The notes beneath the pieces are model-generated. The model saw nothing but the letters and a program-made list of their open reading frames with translations, had not been told where the DNA came from and did no database searches. Source: Actinomycetes bacterium (GTDB taxonomy: Bacteria > Actinomycetota > UBA4738 > HRBIN12). Taken from it: a DNA stretch of 64,000 nucleotides. Of the stretch, positions 12,163 through 21,045 are shown piece by piece. The first letter of the stretch is position 1. Each line of letters opens with the position of its first letter. The translations under genes and the position numbers were made by a program. Where the stretch lies: assembly GCA_031364965.1 (NCBI GenBank), contig JANLXF010000089.1:15709-79708 (forward strand), written 5' to 3'.

Positions 12163-12783
12163 GTGAGAGGCGTGTTTCACGTGAAACATGAGGGTTGGTC
12201 CGCTCACGAGATCCTCGGGGTGCCACTCGACGCGCGCGCGTCCGCACGGCTGGAACGGTTCGAGGCGCAGCTTCTCGCTCTTGCCGTCCCGATGGGGATG
12301 ATCTCCAAGGGCGATGTCCCCAGACTCCGAGAGCGCCATCTCCTCGACTGTCTGCGAGCCCTCCCACTGTTGGATGCGAACGATCGGCGACTCTGCGATC
12401 TCGGCGCCGGGGCCGGTCTTCCGGGCTTGGTCCTTGCGTGCGTCAGGCCCGACCTCGAGATCGTCCTGACCGAAGTTCGGCGGAACCGAGCGTCGTTCCT
12501 CGAGAGGGCGGTCGTCGACCTCGAGCTCTCCAACGTGCGGGTATGGGGGCGGCGCATCGAGACCCTGCGGGAGCGGTTCGATGTGTGTACCGCCCGGGCG
12601 TTCGGGCCTGCGCCGCGCGCCTGGTCGGCGGCGGAGCGCTTGCTCGAGCCCTCCGGTCGGCTGGTCTACTGGGCCGGCGAGCGATTCGACATCGCTGATG
12701 TCCCCGATGGGGTCGCGACGACGCTTTTCGAGACCCCGGCGCTTGCAAGGTCGGGGGCACTCGCTATCATGAGCCGGCAGTGA
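12163..12783 (+). CDS. rsmG: 16S rRNA (guanine527-N7)-methyltransferase RsmG/GidB
   Basis: SAM-binding motif DLGAGAGLPGLVLA and GidB-type sequence. The start is ambiguous among in-frame GTGs at 12163, 12172 and 12181, which overlap parS. Confidence 0.9.
   Translation: MRGVFHVKHEGWSAHEILGVPLDARASARLERFEAQLLALAVPMGMISKGDVPRLRERHLLDCLRALPLLDANDRRLCDLGAGAGLPGLVLACVRPDLEIVLTEVRRNRASFLERAVVDLELSNVRVWGRRIETLRERFDVCTARAFGPAPRAWSAAERLLEPSGRLVYWAGERFDIADVPDGVATTLFETPALARSGALAIMSRQ
12173..12188. promoter_or_regulatory. parS centromere-like site (perfect 16-bp palindrome TGTTTCACGTGAAACA)
   Basis: Exact match to the chromosomal parS consensus tGTTNCACGTGAAACa. Lies in the first codons of rsmG, about 600 bp upstream of parA. 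Confidence 0.85.
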
Positions 12784-14336
12784 CGAAGGCCTCTTCCGGC
12801 GCCTCAGCCTCGCGTACCTCCGGCTCCACGACGGGTGCCCCATCTTCCGCATCCAAGCCCGGCTCCAAGCCGAAGACGAAGCGAGTCCCCGTCGTGCCTG
12901 ACACCCCCGGGAACGCGAGAATCATCGCGATCGCGAACCAGAAGGGCGGGGTGGGAAAGTCCACCACGGCCGTCAGCCTTGGCGCCGCACTCGCCGATCT
13001 TGGCTTTCGGGTGCTGGTCGTGGACCTCGACCCCCAGGGCAACGCTTCCACCGGGATGGGGATCCGCCACGAGGCCCGGGAGCGGACGATCTACGACGTC
13101 GTCGTGGGCGAGGCTCCGATCCGAGACGCGGTCGTTCCCACGCTGGTCCCGAACCTGCATGCGGTCCCCTCGACGATCGATCTTGCGGGGGCCGAGATCG
13201 AGCTCGTGAGCCAGTTCTCGCGGGAGCATCGCCTCAAGAAGGCGCTCGCCGAGGTGTCGGAGGGCGTGTATGACTTCATCCTCATGGATTGCCCTCCGAG
13301 CCTCGGCCTGCTCACCGTCAATGCGCTGACCGCGGCCGAAGAGCTCATCGTCCCGATCCAATGCGAGTACTACGCCCTCGAGGGGCTCGGCCAGCTCCTG
13401 CGCAACGTCTCGCTCGTGCAGCAAAACATCAACCCGGGCCTGCGCCTCTCCGGGATCGTGATGACGATGTTCGATCCCCGAACCAAGCTTTCCGAGCAGG
13501 TGGTCGAGGAGGTGCAGCGCTTCTTCGGCGACCTCGTCTACGACGTGATCATCCCGAGGACGGTCCGATTGTCGGAGGCGCCCGGCTATGGGCAACCGAT
13601 CACCGTTTACGACCCCAAATCCAAGGGAGCCGAGTGCTACCGGGAGCTCGCACGGGAAGTCGCCCTGCGTCCGCCCCCCGACGAGCCCATGCCGATCTTC
13701 GACGACCTGCCGACCGTGGTGGTGCCCGCCGTGGCGGCAACGATCGCTAGTCCCCCCATGGACGAGGCCGACCTCGCAGAGCTCCCGACGGTGCGATCGG
13801 TGATGCACGAGGCCGCCGACGCGGAGGTGACCGATCAGGTCGAAGACGAATTCGAGACCGAGCAGATCCAGGATGAAGTCGTCGAGGTGGTCGAGGCGAC
13901 GATCGATGCGGCTGAACTGGACGAGGGCCCGGCCCCGAGCGCCGAGGAGATCGTCGCCGCCGACGCGGGGCGCCAGAGCGAGGAAGCCGACGCCCGCGAG
14001 CTCGAGGAGACGCCGTCGGTCGCCCAGGCGCTCGGCGATCCGCCACCCGACGATGACGACGACGTCTGGGAAGAGGTCGATGAGCCGCCGCCGGCGGTCC
14101 CGCGAGTCTCGGCTCCTCGTTCGCCCGCTCCCCCGGGCCAACTGCCCGAGCGCCGCGTGGTCGTGATCGACGAGGATGCCGTCGATTACTCGACGGCGGC
14201 CGAGGCCGGCGGACCGACTCCTTCCCGTGCGACCGAGGATCCGCACACAGCCGTGGCCGACATCGGGGCCACGCTCGAGGATGACGAGGGGTTGCCGAAG
14301 CGCCGATGGAGACTGTTCCGCAAGGGAGGCGAGTGA
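12780..14336 (+). CDS. parA: Chromosome partitioning ATPase ParA with a long acidic C-terminal extension
   Basis: Deviant Walker A KGGVGKSTTAV. The ParA core spans roughly residues 45-300. Followed by ~220 aa of D/E-rich low-complexity sequence ending in a basic tail LPKRRWRLFRKGGE. The GTG start overlaps the rsmG stop. Confidence 0.9.
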   Translation: MTKASSGASASRTSGSTTGAPSSASKPGSKPKTKRVPVVPDTPGNARIIAIANQKGGVGKSTTAVSLGAALADLGFRVLVVDLDPQGNASTGMGIRHEARERTIYDVVVGEAPIRDAVVPTLVPNLHAVPSTIDLAGAEIELVSQFSREHRLKKALAEVSEGVYDFILMDCPPSLGLLTVNALTAAEELIVPIQCEYYALEGLGQLLRNVSLVQQNINPGLRLSGIVMTMFDPRTKLSEQVVEEVQRFFGDLVYDVIIPRTVRLSEAPGYGQPITVYDPKSKGAECYRELAREVALRPPPDEPMPIFDDLPTVVVPAVAATIASPPMDEADLAELPTVRSVMHEAADAEVTDQVEDEFETEQIQDEVVEVVEATIDAAELDEGPAPSAEEIVAADAGRQSEEADARELEETPSVAQALGDPPPDDDDDVWEEVDEPPPAVPRVSAPRSPAPPGQLPERRVVVIDEDAVDYSTAAEAGGPTPSRATEDPHTAVADIGATLEDDEGLPKRRWRLFRKGGE

Positions 14337-15226
14337 TGTCGAAGCGAGGTGGGCTCGGTCGAGGGTTGTCGGCGTTGATCCCCGGAGCGCCCGAGGCCGG
14401 CGAGACCGCAGGCGGTCTCCTCGAGGTGCCGGTGAACGCGGTGGCGCCCAACCCGAAGCAACCCCGAACCCATTTCAACGCCGAGGAGCTTTCTGCGCTC
14501 GCCGCCTCGATCCGTGAGGTCGGGATCTTGCAGCCGATCGTGGTCCGCAAGGCGGGGGAGTCCGGCTACGAGCTGGTGGCGGGGGAACGGCGCCTGCGGG
14601 CGGCCAAGCAGGCAGGCTTGGCGACGGTACCCGTTGTCGTGCGGGACACCGACGACGCGGACATCTTGCGTGAGGCCCTCATCGAGAACATCCATCGCGA
14701 GGATCTCGGGCCGATGGAGCTCGCCGAGGCGTTCCGGGCTCTCCTTGAGGACCTCTCGCTCAAGCAGGAGGAGCTCGCCGACCGAGTCGGTGTGTCGCGG
14801 TCACACATCGCGAATACGATCCGCCTGCTGCAGCTGCCGATGGACGTCCAGCAGCTCTTGGCCGACGGGAAGATACAGGCCGGACACGCCAGAACGCTGC
14901 TCTCGCTCGGCGACGCAGAGGCACAGAACACACTCGCCCTGCGGGTGGCCGCCGAGGATCTCTCGGTCCGCGAGACCGAGGAGCTGGTGCGGCGATACTT
15001 GGAGGCGCCCAAGGCGGTCGCGCCGGTCGACAAGAGTGCGCCCAAGCCCGCGGCGAGCGGGATGGCCGAGGTCGAGGAGATCTTGTCCGAGCAACTCGCG
15101 ACGCGCGTGTTGATCCAGATGGGAAAGAAGCGGGGAAAGGTGATCATCGAGTTCGGCTCGCCCGACGACCTCGAGCGGATCGTCTCGGAGATCATCGGCT
15201 CCGGCCCCGGTCTGGCTCCCGAGTAG
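14336..15226 (+). CDS. parB: Chromosome partitioning protein ParB
   Basis: The ATG at 14336 overlaps the parA TGA and has a strong SD agggagg. ParB box motifs (GERRLRAAK; HTH) are present. Confidence 0.93.
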   Translation: MSKRGGLGRGLSALIPGAPEAGETAGGLLEVPVNAVAPNPKQPRTHFNAEELSALAASIREVGILQPIVVRKAGESGYELVAGERRLRAAKQAGLATVPVVVRDTDDADILREALIENIHREDLGPMELAEAFRALLEDLSLKQEELADRVGVSRSHIANTIRLLQLPMDVQQLLADGKIQAGHARTLLSLGDAEAQNTLALRVAAEDLSVRETEELVRRYLEAPKAVAPVDKSAPKPAASGMAEVEEILSEQLATRVLIQMGKKRGKVIIEFGSPDDLERIVSEIIGSGPGLAPE

Positions 15227-15229
15227 GCC

Positions 15230-16165
15230 TCAGCCGCGAGAGAGCGCCGACCGTAGGACGCGGTCGCACAGATCCGAGAGTGTCATGCCGGCGGCCACCG
15301 CCGCCATCGGGAGCAGGCTCGTCTCCGTCATGCCCGGGCTCACGCTCACCTCGAGCACCCATGGTCGCCCGGCCGCGTCAACGATCGCGTCCACGCGCGT
15401 GACGTCGCGCACGCGCAGGGCCCGCGCGGCCAGCGCAGCTGACGCGATGAGCACCTGGACCGAGGCATCGGCCAGTCGCGCCGGCGCGAAGAACTCGGTG
15501 GCGCCTGCCGTGTAGCGCGCCGCGTAGTCGTAGGTCCCTCCCCTCGGCACGATCTCGACCGGAGGCAGCACCTCGAAGGGGGTCCCCACCATGCCGACCG
15601 CCACCTCGCTGCCGACCACCCGACGCTCGACGATCGCCGCAGCGCTGAAGGAGAGTGCGGCCATCACGGCGGCGGGGAACTGGCCGGCCTCGTCGACGAA
15701 GGTCACGCCGAGGGCCGAGCCGCTCCTCGAGGGCTTCACCACGCACGGGAGTCCGACCTGGGCGATGACGCGATCGAGGGCCTGCCCCGCACCGAGATCT
15801 CGTAACGCCGATGCTTCGATCACCGCCCATGGCGGCGTGTCGACCCCGGCACGATCCAGCTCGTCCTTGGCCAGTGTCTTGTCGAACGCGATCTCGCAAT
15901 CGAAGGCGGCGGTCCCCGTGAAGGGGAGGTCGAGGAGGTGCAGCAGACGCTGGACGGTCCCGTCCTCCCCTTCCTTGCCATGGAGCGCGAGGTAGCACAG
16001 ATCGGGCCTGCGATCGTCGAGCGCCCCGACCAGCGGCGTATCGGCGGGGTCGACGAGCCAGGTTTCATGGCCCAGGTGGGTGAGTGATGTCATCACACGG
16101 TGCCCGGACCTCAGCGAGACGTCACGCTCGGGCGTGCGTCCGCCGGCGAGGACCGCGACCTTCAT
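15230..16165 (-). CDS. ddl: D-alanine--D-alanine ligase
   Basis: 311 aa with an ATP-grasp fold and Ddl motifs (LHGKEGEDGTVQ, ...VEVSVSPGMTETS). Confidence 0.9.
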   Translation of the reverse strand: MKVAVLAGGRTPERDVSLRSGHRVMTSLTHLGHETWLVDPADTPLVGALDDRRPDLCYLALHGKEGEDGTVQRLLHLLDLPFTGTAAFDCEIAFDKTLAKDELDRAGVDTPPWAVIEASALRDLGAGQALDRVIAQVGLPCVVKPSRSGSALGVTFVDEAGQFPAAVMAALSFSAAAIVERRVVGSEVAVGMVGTPFEVLPPVEIVPRGGTYDYAARYTAGATEFFAPARLADASVQVLIASAALAARALRVRDVTRVDAIVDAAGRPWVLEVSVSPGMTETSLLPMAAVAAGMTLSDLCDRVLRSALSRG

Positions 16166-17388
16166 CCGCCCAGGCTCCCGAACATCTGTGCCTTCTCGGC
16201 CAAGAGCGTTCCCAGCCGGGCGATCCCCTCACGGATCTGCTCCTCGGTGGGGTAGCAGAACGCCAGTCGCATCTGGTGAAGGCCCCGCCCGTCCGGGTAG
16301 AACGCCGTGCCGGGGACGTAGGCGACACGGCGTTCGACCGCGGCGGCAAGCATCGCCCTGGTATCGATCCACTCCGGCAGGGTCACCCACACGTAGAAGC
16401 CGCCGCCGGGTGTGGTCCAGGTCGCACCGGCGGGGAACGATTCCTCGAGCGCCTCGAGCATCGCGTCTCGCCGATCCCGGTAGGTCGCGACCAACGTCTC
16501 CAAGTTCGCGCGCCAGCGCTCGCCCGCGAAGTACCGCTCGGTGACCAGCATGGTGAACGACGAACCGCACAGATCCGCCGCCTCCTTCGCGAGGATGAGT
16601 CGCTGCGTGACGGATTGTTCGGCCAGTGCCCACCCGACGCGGACCCCGGGGGAGAAGACCTTCGACACGGTGCCCAGGTAGATCACGTTGTCGGGGTCGA
16701 GGGTTCGCAGCGCCGGGAGGGCATCCCCTTCGAAGCGCAGCATGCCGTAGGGGTTGTCCTCCACGATCGGGACGCCGGCCTCTCGGCACAGACTCGCGAG
16801 GCGTTGTCGTCGAGAGTATGATAACGTCACACCTGATGGATTGCCGAAATTCGGGCACGTATAGACGAACTTGGGTCGCTCGCCGCGAACGAACGCCTCC
16901 TCGAGCTGGTCGACGATCATGCCCTCCTCGTCGAGCTCGATCTGCAGATACCGCGGCTCGTACGCCCCGAACGCGGTGAGCGCCCCCACGTAGGCCGGGG
17001 CTTCGACCGCGATCACGTCGCCGGGGTCGATGAAGATCTTGCCCACCAGGTCGAGCGCCTGCTGCGCGCCGGTGGTGATGACCATGTCATGGGGGTCGGC
17101 CGCGACGCCCTCCTCGCGCATCAGAGCCGACAGCCGCTCCCGCAAGGAGACGTGTCCCTGGCCGCCGCCGTACTGCAGGGCCATCGAGCCGTGCTCATCG
17201 AGCACCTGTCTGACCACCTCGAGCAGGTCCTCGGACGGCAACGCCTGAACGAACGGCATGCCCCCGGCGAGGGAGATCACTTCTGGTCGCGAGGCGACGG
17301 CGAACAACGCACGTACCTCGGAGGCCGACATCCCCTGCGTGCGGCGCGCGTAGCGGTCGACGAAACGATCGATCGAGAGCTCGGCCAT
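16162..17388 (-). CDS. PLP-dependent aminotransferase (class I/II family)
   Basis: 408 aa. Contains a putative lysine-PLP region SKVFSPGVRVGW and an aminotransferase fold signature. The 4-nt overlap with ddl suggests operon arrangement. Confidence 0.8.
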   Translation of the reverse strand: MAELSIDRFVDRYARRTQGMSASEVRALFAVASRPEVISLAGGMPFVQALPSEDLLEVVRQVLDEHGSMALQYGGGQGHVSLRERLSALMREEGVAADPHDMVITTGAQQALDLVGKIFIDPGDVIAVEAPAYVGALTAFGAYEPRYLQIELDEEGMIVDQLEEAFVRGERPKFVYTCPNFGNPSGVTLSYSRRQRLASLCREAGVPIVEDNPYGMLRFEGDALPALRTLDPDNVIYLGTVSKVFSPGVRVGWALAEQSVTQRLILAKEAADLCGSSFTMLVTERYFAGERWRANLETLVATYRDRRDAMLEALEESFPAGATWTTPGGGFYVWVTLPEWIDTRAMLAAAVERRVAYVPGTAFYPDGRGLHQMRLAFCYPTEEQIREGIARLGTLLAEKAQMFGSLGG

Positions 17389-17441
17389 GGGAAGGGCCCC
17401 AGCCTAGCATCGGGCGCGGGCCATCCCGCGCGCTGCCGGGC

Positions 17442-18398
17442 TCATGTGGGGGAGACTGCCGGGAGCACTTCTGCGGCAAGGACTTCGAGCATCTCGAGAT
17501 CGTCGAACAGCTCGTGATTCAGCATGATGCGCTGCACGCCGGCCTCCTCGTACTCCAGGAGGCGTTCGACGGCCTGCGCGGGGGAACCGACGATGCACTC
17601 TGCACGGAGCGTCGCGAGCTCGTCCTCGAACGCTCCGGCGCGCATCGCCCGTTCTCTCGCGCGCTCGATCCGCTCCACGGCCTCGGCCTCGGTGGCGCCG
17701 ACGTAGCACCAGGTCATCAGCGAAGTCGTGAGCGATGCCTGATCGCGCCCGTCGGCGTCGAGCCGGTCGCGCACGCGCAGGAACCGTTCGCGGACGCTCG
17801 CCGGGGGTCCGCTCACGGTGTTGAACTCGTCGGCCCACCGCGCCACGAGCGCCGCCAGACGAGGCCCTCCGTCACCACCCACGATGATCGGTGGATGCGG
17901 GTCCTGCACCCCCTTGGGTGCGAACGGCGCCGCGTCGAGCCGGTAATGGCGGCCTTCGAACGAGACCTCGTCCTGCGTCAACAGCCCGTGCACGATCTCG
18001 AGCTGCTCCTCGAGTCGGTCGAACCGCTCGGCGGCCGAGGGGAACGGGAACCCGTGGGTGCGATGTTCCTCTTCCCACCAGCCCGCGCCCATGCCGATCT
18101 CCACGCGGCCGCCGCTGATCCGGTCGACCGTGACGGCCGCCTTCGCGAGGACCGCGGGCTCACGGAACGTCACGGGCGACACCAGCGTGCCCAGGCGGAT
18201 CGCCGAGGTGACCGCCGCGATCCCGGCGAGGTTCGTCCACGCGTCGGAGGATCCGCGGTCCCGATCGCGCATCACGCTCAAGTAGTGATCGGAGGTGAAG
18301 ATCGCCTCGAACCCGAGCCGCTCGGCGGCCTGCGCCGCGGCGACCCACTCCTGCCAGGTCACGCCTTCTTGGCCCTCGAGCATCAGGCAGACACGCAT
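17442..18398 (-). CDS. LLM-class (luciferase-like) F420-dependent oxidoreductase
   Basis: The ATG at 18398 gives a 318-aa product MRVCLMLEGQEG...FTSDHY.. typical of the bacterial luciferase-like monooxygenase family. The longer track ORF has an Arg/Ser-rich non-coding-like N-terminus. Confidence 0.8.
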   Translation of the reverse strand: MRVCLMLEGQEGVTWQEWVAAAQAAERLGFEAIFTSDHYLSVMRDRDRGSSDAWTNLAGIAAVTSAIRLGTLVSPVTFREPAVLAKAAVTVDRISGGRVEIGMGAGWWEEEHRTHGFPFPSAAERFDRLEEQLEIVHGLLTQDEVSFEGRHYRLDAAPFAPKGVQDPHPPIIVGGDGGPRLAALVARWADEFNTVSGPPASVRERFLRVRDRLDADGRDQASLTTSLMTWCYVGATEAEAVERIERARERAMRAGAFEDELATLRAECIVGSPAQAVERLLEYEEAGVQRIMLNHELFDDLEMLEVLAAEVLPAVSPT

Positions 18399-18419
18399 CG
18401 GCGCGTAGCATAGTCGGCC

Positions 18420-18557
18420 ATGGAACCCGGCCCCGACCCACACGACACGCCCGACACCGGGTTCGGCGAATCGTCCGAGCGGGACCGCGCCCTCCGCGCG
18501 ACGGTGATGGGTCTCGTGCTCGGTGTCGTGCTGGCCGCGCTCGGCCGATCGCGCTGA
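18420..18557 (+). CDS. Possible small membrane protein (45 aa)
   Basis: Unlisted short ORF with high GC3 and a C-terminal hydrophobic helix (TVMGLVLGVVLAALG). Divergent from the LLM gene. Too short for the track threshold. Confidence 0.25.
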   Translation: MEPGPDPHDTPDTGFGESSERDRALRATVMGLVLGVVLAALGRSR

Positions 18558-18567
18558 GACGCCCGCC

Positions 18568-19623
18568 CTAGCCGACGAAGAACCGTTGCACGCCCGCCGC
18601 GATCGCGCGGCCGATCGCGGCCGAGATCGCCGGGTCGGCGAGCCGTGCCGACTCGTCGCCGTTCGTCTCGAAGACGGGCTCGACCTGCACGGCAGGCATC
18701 CGCGTTTCACGCACGATGCTTCCCGTGAGTGGTTGCAGCCGCCCGCCCCGCTCGAGCACGGATTCGAGCTCGTCCAGGATCAGCTGCGCGAGCAGCATCC
18801 CCGCGGGCGAGTGGGTCACGAGGCTGCCGAAGTATGAGCACGTCGGTCCCGCCGCCTCGGAGGAGCCTTCCGCGAGTCGCAGCGAGACACACACGGCGGC
18901 GTCGAGATCGTTGGCTGCGCGTGCGTGATCCGAGGGCGCAGACCCCTCCGCGTCGTCGAGGATCACCGGCTCTGCGCCCGCCGACCGGAGCTCCGCCGCG
19001 AGCGACCTCGCGACCTGCGAGAGGCCTACATCGCCCGCGTCGTTGCCCGCGTCGATCGCGATCAGGCGCCCCTCGATCGACCCGCGTGCGCCTCGAAGCT
19101 CCTCTTCCTCCCGAACCAACGCCCGGCTGGGAGCGGACTCCTGCGGCCGCATCCGCTCCAGCGAGACGATCATCTGCGGCCCCACGATGCCGTCCACCTC
19201 GTCGGCGACGTTGCGCTGGAACTCCCTGACGGCGCGGTCGGTATGCGGTCCGTGCAGTCCGTCTTCCTTGCCCGCATCGAAGCCCAGGGCATTCAGCTTG
19301 CGTTGGAGAGATCGGACATCGTCACCGCGGAACAGCGGGGAGTGCAGGTAGAGCGTGCGGTCGCCGAGCCGCCAGCCTGCCTCGACGAGCTGGCCCCAAG
19401 TGTCGGGTCCGACCAGGCCGTCGACACGCAGGGTCCGTGCAGCCTGGAAGGCCCGCACCGCGCGATCGGTGGACGCCCCGAACCTCCCGTCGAGTTCGGC
19501 GGGATCCAGGACCGCCCCGAGCTCGATCAAACGTCGCTGGATGTCGAGGACCTCGGTGCCCTCGTCTCCGAGGCGGAAGATGCGCACGTTCCGAGTCTGC
19601 GCCCCCCGCGCGCGGAGCGGCAA
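18568..19623 (-). CDS. cwlM: N-acetylmuramoyl-L-alanine amidase with two N-terminal peptidoglycan-binding domains (CwlM-like)
   Basis: Two PG_binding_1 repeats (RAVRAFQ...GLVGPDTW; RAVREFQ...GIVGPQ) plus an amidase_3 domain. Same position downstream of trxB-trxA as Mtb Rv3915. TTG start. Confidence 0.88.
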   Translation of the reverse strand: MPLRARGAQTRNVRIFRLGDEGTEVLDIQRRLIELGAVLDPAELDGRFGASTDRAVRAFQAARTLRVDGLVGPDTWGQLVEAGWRLGDRTLYLHSPLFRGDDVRSLQRKLNALGFDAGKEDGLHGPHTDRAVREFQRNVADEVDGIVGPQMIVSLERMRPQESAPSRALVREEEELRGARGSIEGRLIAIDAGNDAGDVGLSQVARSLAAELRSAGAEPVILDDAEGSAPSDHARAANDLDAAVCVSLRLAEGSSEAAGPTCSYFGSLVTHSPAGMLLAQLILDELESVLERGGRLQPLTGSIVRETRMPAVQVEPVFETNGDESARLADPAISAAIGRAIAAGVQRFFVG

Positions 19624-19636
19624 CCGTCGGGTCGGC

Positions 19637-19963
19637 TCAGCCGAGGTGCGGCTCGAGGTCGCGCATGATGGCGTCCTTCGGGCGAGCTCCGACGACCCGG
19701 GCGACTTCCTCGCCGCCCTTGAACAGGATCAGCGAGGGGATGCTCATGACACCGTATTGGCGGGTGGCGTCGGGGTTGTCGTCGATGTTGAGCTTGACGA
19801 CCTTGAGCGCCTCGCCCTTTTCCTGGCCGATCTCCTCCACGACGGGGGAAACCATGTGGCAGGGCACGCACCATTCAGCCCAGAAATCGACCAGCACCGG
19901 GGTCTCCGAGTCGAGCACGGTCGTCTTGAACTCCTGGTCGGTTACGTCGCCCATGTTGGCCAT
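19637..19963 (-). CDS. trxA: Thioredoxin (variant active site WCVPC)
   Basis: 108 aa with a thioredoxin fold. Active site is FWAEWCVPCHM instead of the canonical WCGPC. Confidence 0.9.
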   Translation of the reverse strand: MANMGDVTDQEFKTTVLDSETPVLVDFWAEWCVPCHMVSPVVEEIGQEKGEALKVVKLNIDDNPDATRQYGVMSIPSLILFKGGEEVARVVGARPKDAIMRDLEPHLG

Positions 19964-20059
19964 GTCGTGTCGCTCCTCGTTTCGTGGGGTGGGGCCCGGC
20001 GACCGTCGGCCGCCCGTCTAGATTCTCAGAACGCGCCGACGTCGCCTCGGATTCCCGGC

Positions 20060-20989
20060 TCAGCCGTGCGCCTCGGCCTCCAGCAGATGCTCGGCGTCGA
20101 TCGCGGCCTTGCAGCCTTGTCCGGCGGCGGTCACGGCCTGCCGGTAGATCGTGTCCGTGACGTCACCCGCGGCGAACACGCCCGGTACCGAGGTGGTCGT
20201 GCGTGGTTCCGCGACCTTCACGTAGCCGTCGGCGAGTTCGAGCTGGCCTTCGAACAGCGATGTGTTGGGGGTGTGTCCGATCCCCATGAAGACCCCGTCG
20301 GTGCGGAACTCGGCCCGCTCGTCGGTGTTCAGGTTGCGGAGTCGGATCCCGGAGACGGCGTCCTCGCCGAAGATCTCTTCGACCACCGAGTCCCAGATCA
20401 CCTCGATCTTGGGATTGGCGAGCGCCCGTTGGGCCATGATCGGCGATGCGCGGAACTCGTCGCGCCGATGCACGATCGTCACCTTGCTCGCGAACTTCGT
20501 GAGGAAGGTTGCCTCTTCCATCGCGGTGTCGCCTCCACCGACGACCACCAGCTCCCGATCACGGAAGAAGAACCCGTCGCACGTCGCACAGGCGCTGACG
20601 CCTCGGCCGCGGAGCTTCTCCTCGCCGGGCACGTCGAGCCACTTCGCGCTCGCGCCGGTCGCCACGATCAAGGTTCGCGCTCGCCATTCCTGATCGCCGG
20701 CCCAGACGCCGAACGGCCGCGCCGAAAGATCGACCCGGGTCACATGGACGGGCAGGATCTCGGCTCCGAACCGAGACGCCTGCTTCTCCATCTGGTCCAT
20801 CAGCTCGGGACCCAGGATGCCGTCGCCGAATCCCGGGTAGTTCTCGACGTCGGTGGTCAGCATCAGCTGGCCGCCGGCCTCCAGGCCCTTGAGCACGAGC
20901 GGGCTGAGGTTGGCGCGTGCCGCATAGAGGGCCGCGGTGTACCCGGCCGGTCCCGACCCGATGATGATCACGTCACGCACGTCGCTCAT
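20060..20989 (-). CDS. trxB: Thioredoxin-disulfide reductase
   Basis: FAD motif GSGPAGYTAA, redox-active CATC, and an NADPH-binding GGGDTA motif. Confidence 0.95.
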   Translation of the reverse strand: MSDVRDVIIIGSGPAGYTAALYAARANLSPLVLKGLEAGGQLMLTTDVENYPGFGDGILGPELMDQMEKQASRFGAEILPVHVTRVDLSARPFGVWAGDQEWRARTLIVATGASAKWLDVPGEEKLRGRGVSACATCDGFFFRDRELVVVGGGDTAMEEATFLTKFASKVTIVHRRDEFRASPIMAQRALANPKIEVIWDSVVEEIFGEDAVSGIRLRNLNTDERAEFRTDGVFMGIGHTPNTSLFEGQLELADGYVKVAEPRTTTSVPGVFAAGDVTDTIYRQAVTAAGQGCKAAIDAEHLLEAEAHG

Positions 20990-21045
20990 CCGAACCTCCC
21001 GACAGCTTCAACGCCCCCATATTCCCAAAGCGGGGCGCCTCCGCC

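Noticed and set aside
12804-14246. 480-aa minus ORF antisense to parA
   Set aside because: Antisense artefact. parA has Walker motifs and operon context.
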